From assembly GCF_902713615.1 (NCBI RefSeq), contig NC_052150.1, positions 93,627,206 to 93,691,205 of the forward strand: a DNA stretch of 64,000 nt. The letters run 5' to 3'. Both the position numbers and the translations under genes were made by a program. This DNA is from Scyliorhinus canicula. Taxonomy: Eukaryota. Below, one piece after another: positions 50,944 to 63,100 of this stretch (positions are counted from its first letter, which is position 1; each line of letters opens with the position of its first letter). The notes beneath the pieces are model-generated. The model was not told where the DNA came from. It searched no databases and saw only the letters and a list, made by a program, of their open reading frames with translations.

Positions 50944-51416
50944 GTAAGAAGTCTTACAACACCAGGTTAAAGTCCAACAGGTTTGTTTCAAACACGAGCT
51001 TTCGGAGCACGGCTCCTTCTTCAGGTGAATGGAAAGGCTTGTTCTGCTTTTTTGCATCTTTGTAGAAACTGAATGTCAGTGTCTATATGCGCGATCTTCC
51101 TGGAGATCCTCTCCACTTTGAGCCGGCAGTTTGCGGTGTCAATGGTAGCCATGATGTGGAGATGCCGGCGTTGGACTGGGGTGAGCACAGTAAGAAGTCT
51201 TACAACACCAGGTTAAAGTCCAACAGGTTTGTTTCAAACACGAGCTTTCGGAGCACGGCTCCTTCTTCAGGTGAATGGAAAGCCTTTCCATTCACCTGAA
51301 GAAGGAGCCGTGCTCCGAAAGCTCGTGTTTGAAACAAACCTGTTGGACTTTAACCTGGTGTTGTAAGACTTCTTACTGTGCTCACCCCAGTCCAACGCCG
51401 GCATCTCCACATCATG
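50944..51416 (-). mobile_element. Penelope-like element terminal fragment (tandem and inverted pseudo-LTRs)
   Basis: Minus-strand ORF start at 51152, MATIDTANCRLKVERISRKIAHIDTDIQFLQRCKKA; 246-bp tandem unit plus an inverted copy; 14-bp flanking duplication TCTAAAAAAAAACA at 50930-50943 and 51417-51430. Confidence 0.8.
51293..51327 (+). ncRNA. Minimal type I hammerhead ribozyme (identical minus-strand copies at 51239-51273 and 50993-51027)
   Basis: CAC-CTGAAGA-A-GGAGC cgt GCTCC-GAAA-GC-TC-GTG: conserved CUGANGA and GAAA core, 5-bp stem II, palindromic AGCU stem III, CAC/GUG stem I. Confidence 0.8.
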
Positions 51417-51509
51417 TCTAAAAAAAAACACTTGGGCAGGAATATCGAACGGCACTGGAATAAAAATAAAAATCTCAGCACGATATTCATCTTAACTGAT
51501 TGCACGTGG

Positions 51510-51785
51510 CCTTCTGGTGTCCCCCGTCCCCAACCCAAGCCGCAGCCCGAACCCCTTGTGCCAACTAGAGACGAGGACGAGCCTGACACAGATGAGAGCC
51601 ATCGACCCGCATCCCGAGACACCCTGGAGCTCCAGTCTGGGGATGACACTGACTTCCCATCACAGCTGTCTCCAACACCCTCCACCATCCCAGACACACT
51701 CACCTCAGTTAGGCATTTAAGTGGAGGCTCCGGGGCCTCTGGCGCACCACACACATTCTCTGGTACATTAGGTGGAGGTACTAAT
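51510..51785 (+). mobile_element. Fragment of Harbinger ORF2 (exon 3 region)
   Basis: SQLSPTPSTIPDTLTSVRHLSGGSGASGAPHT resembles SPPPSTNADTHTSVGNVHGQASGAQSGQHHT at 61852-62076. Confidence 0.55.
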
Positions 51786-51789
51786 CCTC

Positions 51790-54700
51790 TTCATCCCCAG
51801 GTGGGAGCAAGAGGAGGACGGATTGTCCTGGAGCGGTGGCTGTGGTAGGGTGTGCCTGGGGAAGGGAGGGTGGTGCCGGGGCATGGGGGGGGGGGGGGGT
51901 GTGTGGAATCAGCTGGTGCCAGGTCCATGAGGGAGACTGTGTCTTGGCGGCAGTCGGGGTGCGCTACATAAGTGGACTGCGGGTTGGCGTGGAGTAGCTG
52001 TACCCTCTCAACCAACAGGTCCACCTTGTGGAGTCGCACGTGTCTACGGAGGAGAATGGGTCCTGGAGCTGCCAGCCACGTTGGGAGCGAAACCCCGGAG
52101 GTGGACTTCCTGGGAAAGGCAAAGCGACGGTCATGGGGGGGTTTCGTTAGTCGCGGTGCACAGGAGCGACCGAATAGAGTGAAGGGCGTCGGGGAGGACC
52201 TCCTGCCAGTGGGAGGCCGGGAGATTTCTGGACCATAGGGCCAGCTGGACAGCCCTCCAGAACGTCCCATTCTCCCGCTCCACCTGTCCGTTTCCCTGGG
52301 GTTGTAGCTGGTCGTCCTGCTCGAGGCGATGCCCTTGTTGAGCAGGTACTGGTGCAGCTCATCGCTCATGAATGAGGATCCCCGGTTGCTGTGGACGAAG
52401 GCAGGGAAACCGAACAGAGTGAAGATGGTGTTGAGGGCTTTGATGATGGTGGCAGACATCATATCAGGGCATGGGACGGCAAAGGGGAATCGGGAATATT
52501 TGTCGGCCACACTGAGGAAGTACGTGTTGCGGTTGGTGGAGGGGAGGGGCCCTTTGAAGTCCACGCTGAAGCTTTCAAAGGGGCGGGAGGCCTTCACCAG
52601 GCGCGCGCGGTCTGGCCGGCAGAAGTGCGGTTTACACTCCGCGCAGACCTGGCAGTCCCTAGTGATAGCCCTGACTTCCTCGATGGAGTAGGGCAGATTG
52701 CGGGCCTTAATGAAATGGTAAAAACGGGTGACTCCTGGGTGACAGAGATTGTCGTGCAGGGTCCGGAGTCGGTCCACTTGTGCGCTGGCACATGTACCTC
52801 GGGATAGGGCATCAGGGGGCTCGTTGAGCTTACCGGGGGGATACAAAATCTCGTAATTGTAGGTGGAGAGATGGATCCTCTACCTCAAGATTTTATCATT
52901 TTTGATCTTGTCCCGCTGTGTGTTATTAAACATGAAGGCAACCGACCGTTGGTCAGTGAGGAGAGAGAATCTCCTGCTGGCCAGGTAATGCCTCCAGTGC
53001 CACACAGCTTCAACTATGGCTTGGGCCTCCTTTTCGACAGAGGAGTGCCGAATTTCGGAGGCATGGAGTGTGCGGAAAAAGAATGCCATGGGCCTGCCTG
53101 CCTGGTTGAGGGTGGCGGCCAGAGCGACGTCTGATGCATCGCTCCCGACTTGGAAGGGGAGCATTTCGTCGACTGCATGCATCGCGGCCTTGGCAATGTC
53201 GGCCTTGATACGGTTGAAGGCCTGGCGGGCCTCAGCCGTCAGTGGGAAAACGGTGGATTGAATGAGTGGGCGGGCCTTGTCCACATAGTTTGGGACCCAC
53301 TGGGTGTAATCCGAAAAGAACCCCAGGCACCGTTTGAGGGCCTTGGGGCGGTGGGGGAGGGGGAGTTCCATGAGGGGGCGCATGCGATCAGGGTCGGGCC
53401 CCAGGACTCCATTCTGGACCACATAGCCGAGGATGGCTAATCGGTTCGTGCTGAACATGCACTTCTCCGTGTTATACGTGAGGTTGAGGAGAGTGGCGTT
53501 GTGGAGAAATTTGGAAAGGTTAGCGTCGTGGTCCTGCTGGTCGTGGCTGCAGATGGTGACGTTGTCCAGGTACGGCAAAGTGGCCCACAGTCCACACCAG
53601 TCAACCATTCGGTCCATCTCCAGTTGGAAAACCGAGACCCCGTTGGTGACGCCGAAGGGAATCCTAAGAATGTGGTAAAGGCGACCGTCTGCTTCGAACG
53701 CAGTGTATGGGTGGTCCGCCTTATGGATGGGGAGCTGGTGGGAGGCAGATTTCAGGTCCACTGTCGAGAAGACTGGTGTTGAGCAATCTGATTGGCCATA
53801 TCAGATATGCGTGGGAGGGGGTACGCGTCGAGCTGCGTGTACCGGTTGATGGTCTGACTTGGGCTCTCCAGGGCTGTTGCTGGCCACGATAATACCTTCC
53901 TGCAGCAGCCCCTGGACCTCAGATCTGATGAAGGTCCTGTCCTGGGCGCTGTACCATCTGCTCCTGGTGGCGATGGGTTTGCAATCCAGGGTGAGGTTTG
54001 CAAAGAGGGAAGGCGGGTCGACCTGAAGGGTCGCGAGGCTGCAAACGGTAAGGGGTGGCAAGGGCCCTCCAAATTTCAGGATTAGGCTCTGGAGGTTGCA
54101 CTGGAAGTCCAGGCCGAGTAGCAAGGCAGCGCAGAGGTTGGGGAGGACGTAGAGACGGAAGCCGCTGAACTCCACGCCCTGGACGGTGAGGGTGGCGATG
54201 TAGTACCCCCGGACGCCACGGAGTGGGATCCGGAGGCCAGGGAGGTTCTCTGGTTAGCGGGGTGGACCGCAAGGGAGCAGCACCTTACCGTATCGGGGTG
54301 GATGAAGCTCTCAGTGCTCCCAGAATCCAGAAGGCAGGAGATCTCATGCCCGTCGACCTTCACCTTTGTCGAAGCGGTCGTGAGGCTGTGCGGTCGAGAC
54401 TGTTCAATCGTTACCGAGGCGAGACGTGGCTGGTCGCCGACTGTTGCAGGCGTGAGCGGCCTGATGAGGTGCCTGACGGGCAGGGGTCCTGAAGCGGGTA
54501 AGATGGTGGCGCCCACGGGCCGCACGTGTCCTGGGGCAGGCACGATGACGGCGCACAATGGTTCTGAGGCAGGCAAGATGGCGGCACCGATGGGCCGCAT
54601 GTGTTGTGAGTAGAGCAAGATGGCGGCACCCACGGGCCGCACGTGGTCCGAAGAGGGGAAGATGACTGCGCCCATTGGCCACACGAGAGGGCCAGGACAA

Positions 54701-55314
54701 TAGCGGCGATTGAGCAGGCCTGGCACACTGCAGCAAAATGTCCTTTCTTGCCACGGGCCTTGCAGAGGGCGCTCCGCGCCAGCCAGCACTGTCGGGGTGT
54801 TTTGACTGTCCACAGAAATAGCATTTGGGTACCCCTTGGTTGGTTGCCGCGCGGCGCAGGCGTGGGGTTGGCTGGGGGCGGTCGCTGATGGGGTCCATGA
54901 TGGGGTGGCCGTCGGCGGGGTCCACGATGCACAGGGGGGGTGGGCCGCACGGTCAGGGGCATAGGCCTTAACGTTGCTTGAGGCGACCGTAAGCGAGAGC
55001 GTTAGTTGTTTGGTCGCCGCGAGGTCAAGCGTGGCCCCTTCTAAGAGGCGCTGGCGAATGTAGTCAGACCCTATGCCCGTAACGAACATGTCTTTCATCA
55101 GCAGATTCAAGTGTTCAGTGGCCAAAACAGCCTGGCAGTCATAGTCTCTCATTGGGGCGAGCTGGGCACACCAGAAATTTTGCACAGACTCACCGGGAAG
55201 TTGGCGCCGCGGAGCCAGCAGGCAGGGATCTACCCCAGTACCTGTAGTACAGAGGCCTTACCATAAAACCCATATATATATATACAGTATAATACATCAG
55301 TGGTGACTACCACA
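51790..55314 (-). mobile_element. Gypsy element (gag, protease, RT, RNase H, integrase), same family as 18298-21023
   Basis: Protease LLDSGSTESF; RT YPLPRISD, IPFGVTNG, YLDN; RNase H SDASD; integrase LCHPGV...CQVCAEC; partial 5' LTR beginning TGTGGTAGTCACCACTG; several frameshifts. Confidence 0.9.
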
Positions 55315-57477
55315 CACACCTAAATAGTGGGATAGAGAAAAATACCTGGTCACTGTCAGTTTTCCCCTCCCCCAGTCAGCAGATAGCCTGCTGTCTTCCC
55401 TAACCCCCTCCCTTCCCCCATCCCCAGACCCATCGAGCCCAACCTAATTGGCCCAACATGTTGCAGCCCCATCCCCCACTTCACTTCCGTTAACTAGCCT
55501 ACTTTATAGTGCTAGTAAGGTGGCCAACCCCCTCCCCAAGGTCCCAGCTACTCCTTAACCATCGCCTTCATTTTACCCCAAGCTCTTCCCTCCCGACTAA
55601 TCCCCTTCCCCACCCATATTAAGCGAATGCCTTAAACTGAGGGAAGACACCCTCCAACCCCTGGTTGTCTAACAACAACTACTAAGCCCGTACAGAAGGA
55701 TAATCATGAAAACAGAACAGAGGCAACGCCCCCAATCCAAACACCTCTACCATTATCCCAACTCAACTCGTAGCAACATAAACATGAACAATACAACAGT
55801 AAAATAGTAAAACCCCAACCATGCAACAGCCCAACCGCATCCCTCAAACCGTGCTCAGTCCATGATGTGTGATAATGTGCACAGCCTGCTCTGGAGTTTC
55901 AAAATAGAAGTCATTCTAGTTAAACGTGACTCTGGGTATACCAGCCCAAAGCACACTCCTCGATTGAACAGGACCATCTTCATCCTATTGAAGGCCGCCG
56001 GCCACTTCACTAATTCTGTGCTGAGACTTGGTAAATTCTCACCAAGTTACTGTCCCAGTTGATATTTCGGGCTTTCTTGGCCCATTCCAGGACCTGCTCC
56101 TTCTTTTGGGAGCTGTGAAACTGGATGATCACCGCTCAAGGTGGCTAATTCAGTCACGACTTCTGCACCATTGCCAATTCCAGCGCACCAAATACCTCAT
56201 CACCATTCAACAGCTGAGAGAACTTTGCAGCGAAGTATTCAGTCGGTCTTGAGTCCTTACCTTCCTCAGGTAGACCCACCAGCCTCAGGTTCATGCTCCA
56301 GGACCTGTTCTCCATATCAGCCAGTTTCGCCTTGAGGCCATTATTCCTGTCCCCAATGATTGCCATTTCAGCCTCCAGTGACGCAAGGCGGTCTTCGTGT
56401 TGAGATAAGGCCTCCACCATGCCCTTCAACTTCTCCGTTTGTCCGCCTACTGCCTTAGTCATTTTGTTTAGCTTCTCCCTGTCCCGGCCCAAAGCCTCCT
56501 CACCATAGTTTTAAATGATGCCTTCAATTCTTGGCTATGCCCCTGGAAACGTTCACCCATCTCCCCATTGAATTTCTTTAACTCTTTGCCATTACCCCCA
56601 CCATCATATCGAGGGTGATGGGCATGGCCACTTCCGCCGCCATCTTTGAGCCCTTGCTCGGGCTTGGCGCCTGTAGTTTCACACCTCCGCCCCTCTTCAA
56701 TGTCAATTTCGATATCCCCCGATTCCCAGCTATTTGTTCTGCCAGGCGTCCGAACCGATCGTGGAAATTCTTTTTGAAATAGACAGAAAAGCCCAAAGTA
56801 TCGGAGCCTGCGGGGAAACCACCTAAAATGCAGCTGCAACTCCATGCCACCGTCCCGGACGTCCATCTCAGATGGATTTTAAAGATCCCTTTGCAATAAT
56901 TGAAGGGTAGCAGAATGTTTATAACCAAAATCCATCCCTCAACCAACATAACTGAAATGAATCTCAAGGTCACTAAAATGTACCCCCATTTATGTTTGCA
57001 ATCTTAAATTTGATATCATTTGTAAAATCCCTCTCCTTAATTCGCCAACACAGCATGGCAATGGTACAAACTTAAATGAACAGAGCCAAATGCCTTTTTT
57101 CTATGCTGCAGTTTCTCTAAATCTATCCATTGCGTTAATATAATTTAGGTTGAAACATAATTGCCTGCTTTTTGTTTGTAAATGAATTGAAAATGAATAA
57201 TTATAAACAATGTTTCTGAGTTACAGTATTTATTATTTTGAACATTGACATTCATTTGAGTACGACTGACTTTTCCTATGGTTCGATCTTGCTGTAATAT
57301 CGAATAGAAATGATAAATTATATTTTCAGAATCTCCAGATTAAAGTTGTTTCAGGATATCAGGCTGCACTTTCTGAAATAATGGACTGGAGTTGCTCAGA
57401 CTGAGATACCAATTCTGGAATGTCAGCCTTTTCCAACACTCAGGGAGGCTGATGCTGTTGAACTTTGCAAGGCTGCT

Positions 57478-57583
57478 ACACCTTCCATGTCCCCCTTCCA
57501 CCCCACCATACACCTTCCATGTCCTCTTCCACCCCACCATATACCTTCCATGTCCCCCTTCCACCCCACCATATACCTTCCAT
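57478..57583. repeat. Short tandem repeat, ~32-bp unit, 3 copies
   Basis: ACCTTCCATGTCCCCCTTCCACCCCACCATAT repeated. Confidence 0.85.
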
Positions 57584-57864
57584 GAACAGATTGGTGCAAC
57601 CTACTCCCTCGTCTTTTATCTTTCCTGCTTTGCTGTACTCATTCCAAATGGTTTGTAAGTTGGCCTCAGCGAAATGTTGTACATTTTACTTCTGTATCTG
57701 TGCAATGATCTATTGCCAATTGGGTCCTTCAGCTAGGACCGCCATTTTAAAAGTTACTTCAGAATGGGCATAAAACCTTGCCTTGAACCAAACAGTCGTT
57801 GTCTGGCAGCCAACTCATTGAACCTTTCTACGAACCCGAGACAACTTTCAGCTATTCTTGGCTT

Positions 57865-58141
57865 TTTAAATTCCTACTGTGCAGAAGGAGGTCATTCAGC
57901 CCATCGAGTCTGCACCGACCTACTGAAAGAGCACCCTATCTAGGCCCATTCTCTGCCTCATCCCTATAACCCCACCTAACCTGCACATCTTTGGACTGTG
58001 GGAGGAAACCAGAGCACCCGGAGGAAACGCACGCAGACACAGGAAGAATGTGCAAATTTCACACGGTCGTACAAGGCCGTAATTGAACCTGGGTCTCTGG
58101 CGCTGTTAGACAGCAGTGCTAGTCACTGTGCCGCCGTGCCA
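57865..58141 (-). mobile_element. tRNA-derived SINE (HE1/V-SINE-like)
   Basis: Same structure as 7045-7363. Confidence 0.8.
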
Positions 58142-58879
58142 CTGTACTGTAGAGTTGAAGTACCGCCTCTGCCCCATGTACTACTCTTTTTACATGTGAG
58201 CTGTGTTCCTGATTCACCAATGGATATTTAAATAAGATGGTCCTGAAAATCATGGAGAGTTCATCCTTTAGCATATTAGCTGATGTACATCTCAGCTCCG
58301 GGGAATGTTAGCTGCCCTATTGAATTTCGGCGCATCAACATTCAACTCAAAACAGCTTTCCTTACAGTGTCCATGTGAATGTTTTCACTTCCTAAATCAG
58401 GAATGTTTGTATGTTCTGTGACTGAGTTTGCCGGTTTGGTCAATATGGTGCTTCATGTTTAAATCAGGAGACAAAGTAGGAAATGAATGTGATTTTATTT
58501 TACCCCCCAAAATGTTAAAGTTTGCCTGTCGCACCAAAGGCAAGTGGAGAGAATACGTCAATACTTCCTGCAAAGTTATGCGCAGTATCTTTGATTTCTC
58601 TCTCTCAGATTTAGTCTGACATCTTTGAATCTTGTTTACCATGTATAATTTAATTTGTAAAAAAGATATTTTAATTAAAGCATATGTGAGCTTTTACATC
58701 TTATAACAATACACAACAAAGTTTCAAATTAATACATCACCAAAAGCAAGGAGGGGGTAAAAGAACAGAAGCAGCTTAACCTACATGAGCATAGCATGGA
58801 ACTGGATAACAACATCATAACTGACTAAATACAACCATCAGACAGAACTCAGGTATTCATATCGCCCCACCAGAGACCG

Positions 58880-59110
58880 AGACAGAAACAGAAAAGGATC
58901 ATGATGCTGTATAAGGCTCTGGTCAGACCCTATTTGGAATATTGTGAGCAGCTTTGGGCCCTGTACCTAATGAAGGATGTGCTGACCTTGAAAAGGGTGC
59001 AGAGGAGGTTCACAAGAATGATCTTGGAATGAAAAGCTTGTCATATGAGGAACGGTGGAGGACTCTGGCTCTGTACTCGTTGTTGTTTAGAAGAATGAAA
59101 AGGGATTTCA
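58880..59110 (+). mobile_element. CR1 ORF2 fragment
   Basis: LYKALVRPYLEYC...VQRRFTRMI...SYEER. Confidence 0.75.
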
Positions 59111-59382
59111 AGTAATCTGCTGTGAAACCAACCACAATGTTTATAAACATCCAGCTCGAAGCCACATTTCCTGCTGAGAAAACCCCCCTAGATGGGTGCT
59201 GATGGGATCTCTGATGGGGGTCTCTGGTTGGGGGAGAGGCTGGCGGGGGGGGGGGGGGGGGGGGGGGGGGCATTAGCCCACTGCAAAGTCCACCACATCA
59301 GGGCAATGCTGGGAAATACTTGTATCTATCCAGGCTCAGGTGAATCCTGGCCCAGATGGCCAGACAGTCACAGAGACATCCT

Positions 59383-59721
59383 GGCAGGGATTCTCCGGCC
59401 CCGCGCCGGGTGGAGAATCGGCGGGGGGGGCACGAGAATCGCGCCACGCTGACGCCGGCCCGCCGATTCTCTGATGCCGATTTTCGGGCACCCATGGGAT
59501 CGCCGCGCACCGGTCGGGGGCTGTTGAAAGCGCACCCCCCCCCCCTCCCGGCGATTCTCCCGGCTTTGACGGGCCGAGTGCCCGCCGAGTTCGGCCGTGT
59601 CCTGCCGGTGTGGCTTATGTAAGGGGTGGATAGCTGCCAGTTGAGGCCCATTGACGCCGGAGTGGCACGCATCACTTTTCCCACCAGCGTGGAGAAATCC
59701 CAGCCGGAGAATCCTTTGCCC
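59383..59721. mobile_element. PIF/Harbinger-type MITE
   Basis: GGCAGGGATTCTCCGG ... CCGGAGAATCCTTTGCCC; related to 953-1572. Confidence 0.7.
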
Positions 59722-59733
59722 AGTCCATTAATA

Positions 59734-59922
59734 ATGATTTGGAGATGCCGGCGTTGGGCTGTGGTGAGCACAATAAGAAGTCTTACAACACAGGTTAAAG
59801 TCCAACAGGTTTGTTTGGAATCATTAGCTTTTGGACCATAGCTGAAGGAGCTGCGCTCCGAAAGCTAGTGATTCGAAATAAACCTGTTGGGCTTTAACCT
59901 GGTGTTGTAAGACTTCTTACTG
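59734..59922. mobile_element. Penelope-like pseudo-LTR fragment as an imperfect inverted repeat, with a damaged hammerhead
   Basis: Same sequence family as 50944-51416; the core is shortened to CTGAAGGAGC..GCTCCGAAAGCTAGTG. Confidence 0.75.
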
Positions 59923-60113
59923 CAGCCCATTAAGAGGATGCGAATGGGCCAATGTGACCTATCCTCCCACGAACCTCGATGACGCTGCCAGCAGGGGACC
60001 GGACGATCGAATATGGGCACTGATCCATTTTATCCCCAAGGCTGGATTCTCCGACATATTGGGAACTCCACTACCAGCAGCGGGTGGCGGAGAATCCAGC
60101 CCACGGATTCTTA

Positions 60114-63100
60114 GGGAGCGATTCTCCGGCCTTGTTGCACTCTCGCTTGAGAAAAACGAGGCCGGTGAATAGCGGGTGAGGCAGAAAACGAGAACCACGG
60201 CAGGTGGCAAACAGTTTGCGATCCCCGGCAAGCCGTCACGCTGGCACCGATTAGTTCTCCTTTTGAAAAACGTGAACCTGGCAAAAGGGCTTCTGAAGGG
60301 AGCCAAGGAGGTGAGTGGCCATCTTTGTTCACAGACAAAGAGACTGAGAGCACTGGGCCTGCCACCCCAGTGCTCGGCGGGGGACTGAGGACCCTTGACT
60401 GGGGTCGGGGCCCTCTGTAGGAGTGGACCGCCATGGGTGGGTGGGGGTGTGAGGCACTGACTGAACAACCAGGGAGCAACCGTGCACAGCACCATGATGC
60501 CAACCCCTGGATCATTTATACCCATTCCGGGGGCAACCCTTGTCCCTGCCCATCTGCCCCACCAACCACCAATAACCCCCATCGACTGCCGAGGCCTCTG
60601 GCTGTTCGGCTGAAGGCTATCGCTAATAGGGAATTGGCAATCGTGGTTAAATGACACTTCACACAACCCAAGTGGATTCCCGTGGGTAGACGGGCTATGT
60701 AGCATGTGGGAGTCAGTGCCTAGCATCCCAATCACACCTTGATGCCTGGATGCTGTGCTTGAACACTGCTCGAGGCAACACCACACACGCAGCAGTCAAC
60801 ACCCAGATATGGGACACAGCTCTGGGGACATGTCCACAGCCGGAGGGTGGGTGAGTACCATGGAGAGGGGGAGATACCTGGAGAGATGGGCCAAGGGAGG
60901 AGGTCGGCCCGCATAGCTAAACAAAGTGGCATTATATTGATTGTGCACAGGGGTGTGTATTGTGTTTTACAATTCCCCACCCCGTCCCTCCTTTCTTGGT
61001 GCCCTCAGTGGTCCTAGATGTGCCTGGCCCTTCTAGCTCTACCACTTCTTCTTGGTGTGTCCCCAGGATGCACGGTGGAGGCATCCAGCTGCTTACCACG
61101 TCCCGTGGCCTTCGATGCCCCTGGCGGGCGTCCTCTGGGGACTCTGCGGCTGGAGGGCCCCGGCTCACTTGTCGGCGGCACACGCACAGCCGTGCCACCC
61201 TGTCCGTGTGCCCACTTTGAGACGTGACCTCATCAGAGAGGTGGAACACAGGGCAAGCTGGTGCCCACCGGCGCCACTCCATGGGACGGGTCCGGGCTGG
61301 CACCCAGCACTCCCTCCTCCTGGTCGGTATCCATAGGGCCTTGGGATTCCCCTTGGGATGGAGGGGGAGCTGGGTCGAGTCCCGGCTGTCCCTGCACCAT
61401 CTGCCTCTGTCATCCCTGGCGGTTCCCCATGGTCTGCACCATCATATCGACGCCCTCAGTGATGCTCCTCAGTGATTGGGCATTTCTCTACAGAGCCTGC
61501 ACCTGGGACAAGCTCCGCAGTACCTTGGCCATTCCCATTTGAGAGCGGAACATATCCCTCAGAACCTCATCAAGATCAGCCTGGTACTGCGTGAGTCGGA
61601 CATTCTGCCGAGATCCTCAGCATGGCTGTCACCGACTGCACGACGCTTTGGACACCTTCACTCATGGTGCCGATGTTGTGCACCAGGTTCTCCACTGTGG
61701 TCACACCCTATAAGTGTTGGCTTCGGTTCCACGCATTGCCGGCGACTTCTCCTGCGCTCATAGCCTCTGGGACTCCTCCAAACAGCTATGGACCTGCTGG
61801 AGTGTCATTGACATCTCTCTTTGAATGTCCTGGCCCACCCTAACATCTCCATCAGTTTTGGGATGACTTCTTCCATCGGCTTGGCATCAGGCTGGGACCA
61901 GCTAGGTCCAGGGATCCAGCAGACCTCCGACTGCTGTCTCGCCTGGGGGTTCCTGCCTCTACCTGATGTACATCATCAACAGTGTGGTGCTGACCAGATT
62001 GTGCCCCAGAAGCCTGGCCATGAACATTTCCCACTGAGGTGTGTGTATCTGCGTTGGTGGAGGGTGGGGGTGACATCCTCAGAGTTTTCCTGAGGCATTC
62101 TCCTGGGAGGCTGGAGAGGAGGCCACCTGGGATGGGTCAGCCACATCGGCTGGAGGACCTGTGGGATAATGGACATATGGTCAGTGGGGGGGATGGGTCA
62201 GTCAGTAAGGCATCAGTACTCTCGTTTGACAGGTCCTCCAGGTAGAGCCCGGTGGCTCCTCACCTCTGCTGCGTCCGCCAGCCTCTTTCTGTCCTCGGCC
62301 ACCCCAGTCACCTCGAGGGCACACTCCTCGAAGGAGGTGAGGATCGTTATGTCCGGCACCCCTCTACCAGTCTGCGCCCTCTCTCACCGATTGTGGAAGA
62401 GCTTTACCTGAGGAGACACTGAGAGGTCATCGTCAGCCACACTCGTGGTTCACAGTGGTGGGAGGGGGTGTGTGAAGGGAGGGTTGGGGTGGGGGGAGTT
62501 GAAGGGAAGAGGGGGTGTGGAGGGAAGGTTGGGGGGGTTGCAAGGAGAGTGGGGGGGGTGGATGCTCGCATGGGAGCAGAAAAGTCTCGGGGGGGGGGGG
62601 GGTGCTGCTTACCACATCCCGTGGCCTTCGATGCCCCTGGAAGGTGTCCTCACGGTCTAGTCGACTCTCTGGTGCTGCCCGGTATGCGTCCTTGATCTTT
62701 TTCTGGCACTAGGGGCCAGTGCTCCTGGTCACACTCCCGGCACTCACAGCCATTGCCACCTCATTCCAGACAGCGCAGGCTGCCCTATGGCTAACCCTCT
62801 GGACCCTCAGGGGACAAGGACATCCCTCCTGGCCTCCACTGCATCTCGGGGGCCTCCCCAGATCTGCATCCCTGAATCTTGAGGCCGGTATGCTGGGCAC
62901 CATTGTTGCGATCTAGCTGGGGTTGGCTGAGCAAGTGCAGCTTAAGTGCTGCTTGACCTTGTTAGCGGGGGGCTGACGAACGCGGTGCCGGCGAGTCAGC
63001 TGGCGAGCCTTCATTTGTGGCGAGAAGCCTGTGAGGCCTCGTTAAATGGACCAATTAACGTTGAATCGCTGGACGGAGCGCCAGGAAGCTCGCGGCAGTT

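Larger units (their letters stand above)
49165..56863 (-). mobile_element. Older L1-clade LINE with both ends present, internally deleted and hosting nested insertions
   Basis: 5' end near 56863; ORF1 remnant DMENRSWSMNLRLVGLPE (56154-56492); ORF2 C-terminal remnants VKMNIVLRFLFLFQ (~51430-51510) and 49850-50930; degenerate 16-bp TSD CATCTCAGGTAGATAT (49149-49164) / CATCTCAGATGGATTT (56864-56879). Confidence 0.8.
45430..56960 (+). mobile_element. Old DeuSINE (SacSINE1/AmnSINE1-like) fragmented by nested insertions; pieces ~45430-45545, ~48835-48852, ~49122-49164, ~56864-56960
   Basis: Pieces read colinearly as recalled Deu-type sequence: GGTTGTGGGTTCAAGTC..., TTTCAGATGAG, AACCAAGGCC..TCTCAGGTAGAT, TAAAGATCCC...TCCCTCAACCAACAT. 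Confidence 0.6.
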
